Translations under genes and position numbers: made by a program
DNA from: Squalus acanthias
Lineage: Eukaryota
Direction of reading: 5' to 3'
DNA length: 64,000 bases
Assembly: GCA_030390025.1 (NCBI GenBank)
Contig: CM059432.1
Coordinates: 103,480,001-103,544,000, forward strand
The notes under the pieces: generated by a model
Told to the model about the DNA's origin: nothing
Seen by the model: only the letters and a program-made list of their open reading frames with translations
The model's database searches: none
Shown: one piece after another, positions 38,286 to 50,235 of the stretch
How the letters are laid out: each line of letters starts with the position of its first letter
How positions within the stretch are numbered: position 1 is the first letter of the stretch

Positions 38286-38995
38286 AGCCTGGACGCAGCC
38301 AGCACTGAGTGCAGTGAGCACAGTGTGAGCAGCTGGGAGTTTGGCAAGTGTGGGGGTTTTAAGGGTTAATCTCTTTTAAAATCTAGTGTTAATTGCTAGT
38401 AGCTCTTAAGTAAGATCAACTGTTTAAGTTAAAATTTAAACTTTAAAGTTTTAAGTTTCTTCAGGTTAAAGCAGAGACAAACAAGCAAGCTCTCCTACTG
38501 GAGAGCTGCTGTAGTCAGTTAATTAGCTAACTGGACTAAACTGGTTCCTGAAATAGTAGCAGAGCAGTGTTGACTCATCTGAGTCACAAACAGTGTAAAC
38601 ACAGGGGCCTGAGAGTGCAGCCAGCACTCAGTGCAGTGAGCACAGGGTGAGCAGCTGGCAGTTTGGTAAGTGTGGGAGTTCGGTGAAGCGGAGGAATGAA
38701 GTGCTTGCATTTCCTAACTTCTCCCGCAGAGCGGCGGCGGACCTGAGTGGGAGCAGACCGAGGCCCGAGAGCGGGGATAAAAGCAGCAGCAGACCTGCAT
38801 CAACAAGAGAAAACAGCAGTGTGACATCACAGGTAAGGCAGGTAAGTGATTGTTAGTGACTGTGGGCCAAGTTTTAAGTCAACATATAACATATAACTAA
38901 ATTTTAAAAACTAAACTTAATTTAATTAATTTAATAAACTAAACGAGGTAAGTAATTTGATTAACACTAAACTAATTAATTAAATAAATAAAATA

Positions 38996-39920
38996 ATGGG
39001 CCAACAGGAGACGTGTTGCTCCTGCAATATGTGGGAGCTTGTGGACATTTTTCTCCAGGGTGACTACATCTGCGGCAAGTGTCTGCAGCTCGAGGAACTT
39101 CGGCTCCGAGTTGAGGAGCTGGAGTCCGAGCTGCAGACATTGCGAGACATCAGGGAGGGAGAAAGTTACCTGGACCTTTTGCTCCAGGAGGCAGCCACAC
39201 CCCTTAGATTAAATACTTTGGAATTGACACGTGGTCAGGGACAGGAGGGTGTGACTGCGAGTGAGGCAGGTGCGGGGATCCAGGAGGTAGTATTGCAGGA
39301 GCCTCAGTCCCTGCACTTCTCCAATAGATTTGAGGTTCTTGAAACCCTTGTGGACCAGTGCGGGGACTGCAGGGAGGACGAGCAAACTGACCACGGCACC
39401 GTGGTACAGGAAGTCGTTTAAGTGGGGGGAGTAAAAAGGAAGGTGGTTGTAGTAGGCGACAGTATAGTTAGGGGGATAGACACTGTTCTCTACAGCCAGG
39501 AGCGTGAGTCCCAAAGGCAAGGTAAAGGACATCTCCTCCGGGCTGGAGAAGAACTTGGAGTGGGAGGGGGAGGATCCAGTTGTCGTGGTCCATGTAGGTA
39601 CCAACGACATAGGTAGGACAAAGAAACAGGTTCTGCTGAGAGAGTTTGAACAGCTAGGGACGAAATTAAAAAGCAGAACCACAAAGGTCATAATCTCTGG
39701 ATTATTACCGAAGCCACATGCAAATTGGCATAGGGTCAATAGGATCAGAAAGATGAATGCGTGGCTCAAAGATTGGTGCGGGAAAACTGGGTTTCGATTC
39801 GTGGAGCACTGGCACCAGTACTGGGGAAAGAGAGAAGTTCCGTTGGGACAGACTACACCTGAGCCATGCTGGGACCAGAGTTCTAGCGGATTGAATAACT
39901 AGGGAGGTAGATAGGGCTTT
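38996..39920 (+). pseudogene. CR1 ORF1: zinc finger, leucine zipper and SGNH/GDSL-like esterase, disrupted
   Basis: CCSCNMW...YICGKC, LEELRLRVEELESELQTL, SNRFEVL, VVVVGDSIVRG, VVVHVGTNDIG; stop at 39419-21 and frameshifts. Confidence 0.88.
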
Positions 39921-40169
39921 AAACTAAGCAAGGGGGGGGGGGGGGGGGGGTGAGGGTCAGTGGAGAGAAATCTAGAATGCTAAACAGAAAAGACAAGGAA
40001 GCAATGCAGGAAAGTGATTGGGGTAAGGATAACCAGATTGTGTCAGGAAGGGACAGAGCATACAAACAAAGGAGTGCACTAACAAATAGGGTCCGGGTAA
40101 GAAAAAATGGTAATAAGACAAATAGGGCCATAGTACCAAAAAATGTTAAGATGTCTAAAAATGTTAAAA

Positions 40170-42943
40170 AGACAAATCTAAGGGCACTGTATCTGAATGC
40201 ATGAAGCACTTGTAATAAGGTAGACGAATTAACAGCGCAAATAGATGTAAACGGATACGATATAATTGCGATTACAGAGACATGGCTGCAGGGTGACCAA
40301 GGCTGGGAGCCGAATATCCAAGAATATTCAATATTTAGGAATGACAGGCAAAAAGGAAAAGGAGGTGGGGTGGCGTTGTTAGTAAAGGATGAAATCAGAG
40401 CAATAGTGAGAAAGGATATTGGCTCAGAAAATCAAGATGGAGAATCAGTCTGGGTGGAGATAAGAAGCACCAAGGGGCAGAAAACATTCGTGGGAGTTGT
40501 CAATAGGCCTCCAAACAGTAGTGGTAATGTAGGGGATGGGATCAAACAGGAAATTAGAGATGCATGTAACAAGAGTACTACAGTAATCATGGGTGACTTT
40601 AATCTACATATAGACTGGCCAAACCAGATTAGCAATAATACTGTGGAGGATGAATTCCTGGAGTGTGTACGAGATGGTTTTTTAGACCAGCACGTTGAGG
40701 AGCCAACTAGGGAACAGGCTATCCTAGATTGGGTATTCTGCAATGAGAAGGGGTTAATTAATAATCTTGTTGTGCGGGGTCCTTTAGGGAAGAGTGACCA
40801 TAACATGATGGAATTCTTCATTAAGATGGAAAGTGAAGAAGTCCAATCCGAAACTAGGTTCCTAAATCTAAACAAAGGAAACTACGATGGTATAAGGAGT
40901 GAGTTGGCTATGATAGGTTGGGGAGCTTCATGAAAAGGCATGATGGTGGATAGGCAATGGCTAACATTTAAGGAACGAATGCATGAATTGCAACAGTTAT
41001 ACATTCCTTTCTGGTGCAAAAACACAAAAGGAAAAGCGGCCCAACCATGGCTAACAAAAGAAATTAAGGATAGTATTAGATCCAAAGAGGAGTCATATAA
41101 AGTTGCCAGAAAAAGTAGCAACCCTGAGGTTTGGGAGCAGTTTAGAATTCAGCAAAAAAGGACCAAGAGATTGATTAAGAGGGGAAAAATAGAGTACGTG
41201 AGTAAACTTACAAGGAACCTGAAAGCAGACTGTAAAAGCTTCTACAAGAATGTAAAAAGAAAAAAAGAGTAGTGAAGATAAATGTAGGTCCCTTACAGTC
41301 AGAAACGGGAGAATTTATAATGGGGAACAAGGAAATGGCAGAGCATTTAAACAAATACTTTGGTTCTGTCTTCACGGAAGAGGACACAAATAACTTCCCA
41401 GAAATGCTAAGGAACCAAGGGTCTAGTGAGAAGGAGGAATTAAAGGAAATTAGAGTTAGTTAGAAAGTGCTGGAGAAATGAATGGGACTGAAAGCAGATA
41501 AATCCCCAGGGCCTGATAATCTGCATCCCAGAGTACTAAAAGTGGTAGCCATGGAAATAGTGGATGCATTGGTTGTCATCTTCCAAAATTCTATAGATTA
41601 TCGAACAGTTCCTGCAGATTGGAGCGTGGCAAATATAACCCCACTATTTAAAAAAGGAGGGAGAGAAAACAGGAAACTACAGACCGGTTAGCCTAACATC
41701 AGTAGCAGGGAAAATGCTAGAGGATGTGATAACAGGACACTTAGAAAATATCAACAGGATTAGATAAAGTCAACATGGATTTATGAAAGGAAATCGTGTT
41801 TGACAAACCTACTGGAGTTTTTTGAGGATGTAACTGGTAGAATAGATAAGGGAGAACCAGTGGATGTGGTGTATTTGGATTTTCAAAAGGCCTTTGATAA
41901 AGTCCCACATAAGAGGTTAGTGTGCAAAATTAAAGCATATGGGATTGGGGGCAATATACTGGCATGGATTGAAAATTGGTTAACAGACAGGAAACAGAGA
42001 GTAGGAATGAATGGGTCTTTTTCGGGGTGGCAGGCGGGGACTAGTGGGGTACCGCAGGGATCAGTGCTTGGGCCCCAGCTATTCACAATATACATCAATG
42101 ATTTAGATGAGGGAACCAAATGTAATATTTCCAAGTTTGCCGACGACACGAAACTAAGTGGAATTGTGAGTTGTGAGGAGGATGCAAAGAGGCTTCAAGG
42201 CGATTTAGACAAGTTGAGTGAGTGGGCAAATACATGGCAGATGCAGTATAACGTGGATAAATGTGAAGTTATTCACTTTGGCAGGAAAACCAGAAAGGCA
42301 GAGTATTATTTAAATGGTGATAGATTGGGAAATGTTGATGTACAAAGGGACTTAGGTGTCCTTGTACACCAGTCACTGAAAGCAAACCTGCAGGTGCAGC
42401 AAGCAGTTAGGAAGGCAAATGGTATGTTGGCCTTCATTGCAAGAGGATTTGAGTACAGGAACAAGGATGTCTTACTACAGTTATACAGGGCCTTGGTGAG
42501 ACCACACCTTGAGTACTGTGTGCAGTTTTGGTCTCCTTACCTAAGAAAGGATATACTTGCCATAGAGGGAGTGCAGCGAAGGTTCACCAGACTGATTCCT
42601 GGGATGGCAGGACTGTCATATGAGGAGAGATTGGGTCGACTCGGCCTGTATTCACTAGAGTTTAGAAGAATGAGAGGGGCCAGACAGATTGGATGCAGGG
42701 AGGATGTTTCCCCTCGCTGGGGGGTCTAGAACGAGGGGTCACAGTCTCAGGATACGGGGTAGGACATTTAGGACTGAGATGAGGAGAAATTTCTTCACTC
42801 AGAGGATGGTGAACCTGTGGAATTCTCTACCACAGAAGGTTGTGGAGGCCAAGTCACTGAATATATTTAAGGAGGAGATAGATAGATTTCTAGACACAAA
42901 AGGCATCAAGGGGTATGGGGAGAGAGCGGGAGTATGGTATTGA
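40170..42943 (+). pseudogene. CR1 ORF2: APE endonuclease and RT, disrupted
   Basis: LYLNA, IAITETWL, VIMGDFNL, LGKSDHN, YLDFQKAFDKVPH, KFADDTKL; several stops, frameshifts and small deletions. Confidence 0.92.
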
Positions 42944-43048
42944 GATTGAGGATCAGCCATGATCATATTGAATGACGGAGCAGGCTCGAAGGGCCGAATG
43001 GCCTACTCCTGCTCCTATTTTTCTATGTTTTAATTTTTTCTATGTTTG

Positions 43049-43331
43049 TATCCCTGATTATAAATCGCTCAACCTTTGGTGGCTGTGCCTTCTGTTGCCT
43101 AGGTCCTAAGCTCTGGAATTCCTTGCCTAAACCTCTCTGCCTCGCTACCTCTCTTTCCTCCTTTAAGACACTCTTTAAAACCTACCTCTTTGACCAAGTT
43201 TTTGGTCACCTGCCCTAATTTATCGTTACGTGGCTCGGTGTCAAATTTTGTGTCTTAAAATACACCTGTGCCACGCCTTGGGACGTTTTACTACGTTAAA
43301 GGCGCTATATAAATACAAGTTGTTGTTGTTG
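43049..43331 (+). mobile_element. L2-clade LINE, right part and 3' tail
   Basis: Continues the 38285 sequence (GGCAFCCLGPKLWNSLP, FKTLFKTYLF); ends GGCGCTATATAAATACAAG(TTG)n. Confidence 0.88.
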
Positions 43332-44059
43332 TGGTGAGATAGAAGAAAAGGAAAGGTTTGCATTTATACAACATTTTCTAACCTTGTTCTCAAAGTCCTC
43401 AACATACAGTGAATTACAGTGTAATGACTGCCAGGTAAGCAAATGCAGCAGTAATTCTGCCCCCGCAAAATCCCACAAACAGCAATGAGGCAGAATGGCC
43501 TGTTAATCTGCAAAGTTAGAACATGCATTGCTTTCATTTCTAGTAGTTTTATGTCACTTCATGCAATTTGGCATTAATGATAAACTATAATTTAACGTTG
43601 TGGCTCAGCGACGGTTCAGTGGAATAGCACTTATTTCACACCTTTCTGCTCATACATTTGACTCCTGGCAGGGACAGGAATCAATCTGCAGTAACAAACA
43701 TGATAAGCGCGCCAGTGTTCCCAGCCAACTGCTTGTTCAGGAGCCCTATTGACAATCCTAGCTTGGAACCTGGCCATACTCCCAGCTGGTAAGGTGCAAG
43801 TGTAAGGTATCTCAATGCTTGAAATGCCACTCTTACTTCAGAATGGCCATGCCAAAAAGTCCCAGGTCACATAACAGACATTACAGTAGAGAGGAGTATA
43901 GATTTGATACAACACACATTCACCTAATAGAGCAACTCCATTAATATTGAATATCACTTGTAAAAATGATCTAAAACTTGTAATTTGAGGCACAACATGA
44001 TAGTTGCAGGATAATAACAATAGCCAGCAATTTGTATATCATATTTAAGGTCCTTCCTT

Positions 44060-44305
44060 AGCAGGGGAGTTCTCCCCGGTGTCCTGGCCAATATTTATCC
44101 CTCAACCAACATAACAAAAAACAGATTATCTGGTCATTATCACATTGCTGTTTGTGGGAACTTGCTGTGCGCAAATTGGCTGCTGCGTTTCCCACATTAC
44201 AACAGTGACGACACGTCAAAAAGTACTTCATTGGCTGAAAAGCGCTTTGAGACATCCGGTGGTCGTGAAAGGCGCTATATAAATGCAAGTCTTTCTTTTC
44301 TTCCT
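44060..44305 (+). mobile_element. SacSINE1-type SINE 3' half
   Basis: GCAGGGGAGTTCTCCCCGGTGTCCTGGCCAATATTTATCCCTCAACC...GGCGCTATATAAATGCAAGTCTTTC. Confidence 0.85.
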
Positions 44306-46610
44306 TTTCAGATTTAGCTTATTTTCACTAAAATGTCTGAATTATTAAATTAGATTTAGACAATGGTTTGTGATTTTCACCCCCAAAATTAAGAAGCCAA
44401 GTGATATCCAAAATCAACCTAGATTTAGTTCCAGGTGCTTCTTTCAGCTATACCGGATGATAACATTCGGCACGCCCTCTAGCATTTTCTCATCTTTTTT
44501 CCACTTTCCATCAAAGAAAGTGCAATGTAAATAAAATTAGAAATTAAAATCTACTTTTGCTCAAATCTAAATGTAAATTTTGGAACATTGAATTTTAACT
44601 CAAAAGAATTATTTCCCCCAGACTTTCACATAGATTTCATTTTTGAATAACTTAGTTTTTTTCTGCAAATCTAAAAAACTAACTTTGCTAGTGTTGGCCC
44701 AGATAGTGTGTGCTCGTAAAAGGTTTATTTTCCTTGTGTCACCCCATCTAATAAACTTGTAAAATAGGCACAAAAATCAGCATTTTAAATCTTGAATAAC
44801 ATGGCATAAGCCATGCTATGTAAGTTTGAGATGCTGGATCATATTTATCTGTTCAGTGCCAGTACAAACTAGGCCCTAAAGAAATTTCAGACATTAATTA
44901 ATTCTGTTCCAAAACAAAATGTAAAAACAATTGTATTTTAAAAACATTTCAACACAATTTTGGAGGTGGGTTGGTTGTACAGTCTCCTCCATTTGGTACT
45001 TTTATCATTACCGCAAGTGTGTGTATGCGTGTTTTCTTTAAAAAAAACTAGTAAAACCAAAAAGCTAAAAGCATACACCCAGTACCACAAAATTATTTTC
45101 ATTTAAACAAAAACAAAGTTCACATCCTAGAAAAAAAACAAGATCCTTCCAGATTAATACCAAGCTTCTTAAAATTAAAATCAAATCTGATAAAATGGCC
45201 ATTTATAAGGGTACTATTTTCACGAAAAAGTATTTGATCAACTTTTTTTTTTGAGAAGAACCAGAAAACAAGTATATTCATTTTCACCATTATCACATTA
45301 CATACAAGTAATGATGCATTCTAATGTGAATTTGTCAATGAACCAAAACAGGCTCACCAAATACTTTTTTTTCATAAAGATAGTGCCCCTTAGCTTACTT
45401 TACAGCTGGTTAGCAATGTGTCCTCAAAATGGCAACTTCAAAGGCATCAAACTTCATATTTAAATATACAAGTTAATAAGTTACTGGTTGGCTTAGCACA
45501 ATTTTCTGCCACACAGCTCCGTAACACAAGAAACCAAAGAGACTATTGCTTCCACAGGGAATTATGTACACATTCAAATCCTGCCAGATCCTTCTTGTAA
45601 AAACTCGTCATAATGCTGTCTGTTGATCAGAATGAAAAGCTCATTCTTTTAAACAATGGATAGTTGTGATTAATGATGAAATCTTATCAAGGCTCTATTT
45701 TTAAAAAACACTACCCAGGTACTTTGTTTTGTATGATTAATTCACATTGTAAATTTTTTGCCAGGTGGAGAACACAAACAGCACTGATTACATCCCACCA
45801 CCAGCTCTACAACAGCACAAATTAGGGATGTTATTAAATAGGAGCGTAGCTGAGTGCAGATGCATCGTTCTCTCTCCTAACACTCGTAACTATCAAAAGT
45901 GTGAGCTGCGGGAAACTGATGGCAGCATGTGCCCAGGATATTATGGGTCTATCAATTTGCCATCAGGTTAAGGCTGCCTGTTCCATGAAAATAAATGCAG
46001 AGAGTTGGTCCTTTTTGTTTGTAATCTAGGTTGTAGAGACAAATGTGTAAAGTAGACTGGCATTCTGGTATAGAGAGGAAGTCAGTTCATGGAAGTCACT
46101 CCCCCATAGAACCAAGATAACCCAGTAATACAAAAGCACCTTATGGTATGCGTGTGTGCGCATTAACAGAAAACAGATCAAATGTTCAATGACTGCCTTC
46201 ATTGGCAGATCTGAAGCTAACCATGACTGTTACCGTCTACCCAAAACTTCATTTTTATGGGCCAGTGAACCACGCAAGCTAGGCCCATCAGTTTCTTTCA
46301 GCATTTACAATTTCAATCTGAAGGGATAATCCACTTGCAAAGTAGGACAAACACAATTCACGATTTCCATATTAATATAGCTAATCATCACTGAGTAAAT
46401 AGATAATGGGAAAAATTCAGTCCTGTATCTATACTGTTACAATTTAAATTCAGTCATCTTTATAGTCAGCAGGTACCAATTAACATAAATAAACTAATCT
46501 ACATAATTGTTTCAAAAGCAAAATACTGCGGATGCTGGAAATCTGAAATAAAAACAGAAAATGCTGGAAATACTCAGCAGGTCAGGCAGCATCTGTGGGG
46601 AGAGAAACAG

Positions 46611-46647
46611 AGTTAACGTTTCAGGTCGATTACCTTTCGTCAGAACT
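46611..46647 (-). ncRNA. Minimal hammerhead ribozyme motif
   Basis: AGTT-CTGACGA-A-AGGT-AATCG-ACCT-GAAAC-GTT-AACT. Confidence 0.7.
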
Positions 46648-46964
46648 GGAAAAAGTTAGAGATATAACAGGTTTTAAACAAGTGCAGGGGCAGGGAAGGG
46701 GGGGAGCGGAAAGAACAAAAGGGAAGATCTGTGATAGGGTGGAATGCAAGAGTGATTAAATGACAAAAGATATGATTGTACAGAGCAAAAGGAGATGGCA
46801 ATGGGACAAGTAAAGAAATAAAAGATGAGTCTAGAAGAGGTGTAAATGGGAATAGCAGAATCATCAACAGCTGCCATGTGAAAAAATGGGGGCAGAGGTT
46901 ATGGTCTGAAATTGTTGAACTCGATGTCGAGTCCAGAAGGCTGTAAAGTGCCTAATCGAAAGAT

Positions 46965-48673
46965 TCACAAAAGAGGACACAAATAACCTCCCAGAGATGT
47001 TGGAGAACATAGGGTCTGATGAAAGGGAGGAACTGAAAGAAATCAGTATTTGCAGGGAAATGGTGTTAGGGAAATTGACGGGATTGAAGGCCGATAAATC
47101 CTCAGGGCCTGATAATCTACATCCTAGGGTACTTAAGGAAGTGGCCCTAGAAATAGTAGATGCATTGCTGATCATCTTCCAACATTCGATGGAATCTGGA
47201 ACTGTACCCATGGATTGGAGGGTAGCTAATGTTACCCCACTATTCAAAAAGGGTGGTAGAGAGAAAGCGGGGAATTACAGACTGGTAAGCCTGACATCGG
47301 TAGTGGGGAAAATGCTAGAGTCCATTATAAAGGATGTAATAGCTGAGCACTTGAAAAACGGTGACAGGATCGGACAAAGTCAACATGGATTTACAAAAGG
47401 TAAATTGTGCTGGACTAATCTACTGGAATTTTTTGAGGATGTAACTGGGAAAATAGATAAGGGAGAACCAGTAGATGTGGTGTATTTGGACTTTCAAAAG
47501 GCTTTCGATAAGGTCCCGCATAAGAAATTAGCGTGTAAAGATAAGGCACATGGGATTGGGGGCAAGGTATTGACTTGGATAGAGAACTGGTTGGCGGACA
47601 GAAAGCAGAGAGTAGGAATTAATGGGTCTTTTTCCGAGTGGCAGGCAGTGACTAGTGGGGTACTGCAGGGATCAGTCCTTGGACCCCAGCTGTTCACAAT
47701 ATACATTAATGATCTAGATAAGGGAACTAAATGTAATATCTCCAAGTTTGCAGATGACACAAAGCTGGGTGGGCGTGTGTGCTGCGAGGAGGATACCGAG
47801 AAACTCCAGGATGATTTGGACAGGTTGGGTGAGTGGGCAGAAGCGTGGCAGATGCAATATAACGTGGATAAATGCGAGGTTATCCACTTTGGTGTCAAAA
47901 ACAGAAAGGCAGATTATCTGAATGGCAATAGATTGGGAGAAGGGGAAGTGCAACGAGACCTGGGTGTCCTTGTGCACCAGTCGCTGAAGGTAAGCATGCA
48001 GGTGCAGCAGGCGGTGAAGAAGGCAAATGGTATGTTGGCCTTCATAGCGAAAGGGTTTGAGTATAGGAACAGGATGTCCTGCTGCAGTTGTACAGGGCCT
48101 TGGTGAGACCACACCTTGAGTACTGTGTGCAGTTTTGGTCGCCTTATCTGAGGAAGGATGTTCTTGCCATGGAAGGAGTTCAGCGAAGATTCACAAGGCT
48201 GATACCCAGGATGGCAGGAATGACATATGAGGAGAGATTGGGTCGATTGGGCTTATACTCGCTGGAGTATAGAAGAATGAGAGGGGATCTCATCGAAACA
48301 TATAAAATTCTGACAGGTCTGGACAAACTAGATGCAGGAAGAATGTTCCCGATGGTCGGAGAGTCCAGAAACAGGGGTCATAATCTAAGGATAACGGGTA
48401 AGCCATTTAGGACAGAAATGAGGAAGAATTTCTTCACCCAGAGAGTGGTCAACCTGTGGAATTCTCTACCACAGAAGGTAGTTGAGGCCAAGTCATTAAA
48501 TATATTCAAGAATGAGTTAGATATATTTCTTAAAGCTAAAGGTATCAAGGGATATGGGGAGAAGGCAGGTACAGGGTACTGAGTTTGGATGATCAGCCAT
48601 GATCTCATCGAATGGCAGAGCAGGCTCGAGGGGCCGAATGGCCTACTCCTGCTCCTATTTTCTATGTTTCTAT
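46965..48673 (+). mobile_element. 5'-truncated CR1 LINE nested in the Penelope-like element
   Basis: ORFs 46997-48106 and 48088-48582 (RT motifs, one frameshift); host sequence CGAAAGAT|GAGGTGCTG rejoins across it. Confidence 0.95.
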
Positions 48674-49366
48674 GAGGTGCTGTTCCTCGAGCTTACATTG
48701 AGCTTCATTGGAACAGTGTAAGAGGCCGAGGACGGTGAGGTCTGAGTGGGAGTGGAGCAGAGAATTAAAGTGACAGGCAACCGGAAGCTCGGGGTCACAC
48801 TTGCGGATTGAAGAGGTGTTCCGCAAAGCGGTCACCCAATCTGCGTTTGGTCTCCCCAATGTAGAGGAGACCGCATCGTGAGCAGTGAATACAGTATACT
48901 AAATTGCAAGAAGTATAAGTAAATCGCTGTTTCACCTGGAAGGAGTGTTTGAGGCCCTGGACAGTGGGAAGGGAGGAGGTAAAAGGAGGTTGCATTTCTT
49001 GCGCTTGCACGGGAAGGTACCGTGGGAAGGGGAAGGGGTGTTGGGGGTGATAGAGGAGTGGACCAGGGTGTCGCGGAGGGAGTGGTCTCTTCAGAATGCT
49101 GAAAGGGGAGGGAGCGGAAGGTCTGTTTAGTGGTGGGATCAGCCTGTAGGTGACAGAAATGACGGATTCTGCTATTCCCATTTACACCTATTCTAGACCC
49201 ATCTTTTGTTTGTTTACTTGTCCCATTACCATCTCCTCATGCTTTGTGCAATCATACTTTTGTCATTTAATCATTCCTGCCTTCCAACCTATCACAGACC
49301 TTCCCTTTTGTTCTTTCCTCCCCTCCCCCACCTTTCCTAAAACCTGCTAGATCTCTAACTTTTCCC

Positions 49367-49403
49367 AGTTCTGACGAAAGGTCATCGCCCTGAAACGTTA
49401 ATT
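49367..49403 (+). ncRNA. Minimal hammerhead ribozyme motif (stem II mismatch)
   Basis: AGTT-CTGACGA-A-AGGTC-ATC-GCCCT-GAAAC-GTT-AATT. Confidence 0.6.
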
Positions 49404-50235
49404 CTGTTGCTCTCTCCACAGATGCTGCCTAGCCTGCTATATAATTGTTGCTGCTCTCTCACAAGATGATTACTTTTTACCATATGGTTAAAAGCTAATG
49501 AAAACAATGCCATTAACTGTGCTCTCTTTACCTCAATTGAACAATGAGAAGTAATCCAATAATGGTAGGGGTGGGGCGGGGAGGTCCAGGTGGAAATAAT
49601 AGCAAGCTAAATAGAATAAAAAGGGGGGTTAAGAGCAGAGGCCAGAGTACAAAAAGTGCTAAAGATAGTGTAAATACTCCGGGAACAGAAAGGTTAAAGG
49701 AAGTAATAATAAAATACCTGTTAAAAATAAAGCAGGAGTGATGAAAAATACGAACATATTAAATTGCCTGTGCTGCAATTTACAGAGCATCAGCAACCAA
49801 AGTGGGATAGGTCAAAAAGTGTGAGAAATACACCATCAGGGCAGGGTAGGCACAGATACCCAAATAAGAGTTCGATACACAAGTGCACGTAGGATACGAA
49901 ATAAAAATGAGTTAGAAGCATAAATTCAGCTTAAAGGGTATGATGTAGTAGTCATTAGACTACTGGGAGCTAAATATTCCAGCCTATAGGATCTTTAGAA
50001 AGGACAGGGAAATTAGGAAAGGAGCAGGAGTAGCAATATTTATAAAGACACAATGACATCAGTGAAAAGAAAGGATTTCAGTAAGGTGGTCAGGCAGTGG
50101 AAACAGGGTGGGTAGAACTAAGGAATAGTAAAGGATGCAAAACTCTGGTGGGAGTTACCTACAGACAGTAGTGATGAATAAATACAGAGATCAGGGAAGC
50201 ATGAATCAAAACAATGTGGTTATAATAGGAGATAT

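Larger units (their letters stand above)
38286..43048 (+). mobile_element. Full-length (about 4.8 kb) decayed CR1 LINE inserted into the L2
   Basis: 5' UTR with repeated monomer, ORF1, G-run spacer, APE-RT ORF2, TTCTATGT tail; L2 flanks join at (C/T)ATCC. Confidence 0.93.
46512..49436 (-). mobile_element. Fold-back Penelope-like element (GIY-YIG remnant plus inverted pLTR), split by a CR1
   Basis: Long minus arm 46512-49165 with CNLVYCIHCSRCGLLYIGETKRRLGDRFAEHL; short plus arm 49165-49436; TSD CTA(C/T)ATAATTGTT at 46499-511 and 49437-449. Confidence 0.9.

Noticed and set aside
39209..48112. Long antisense ORFs (39209-39769, 40432-40875, 46864-47247, 47494-47898, 47714-48112)
   Set aside because: Shadow frames opposite CR1 ORF1/ORF2, not independent genes
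49130..49141. Apparently identical breakpoint (TGATCCCACCAC) in the two fold-back PLEs
   Set aside because: On closer reading, the 46.5 kb element's long arm continues about 25 nt further in frame, so the breakpoints are close but not identical
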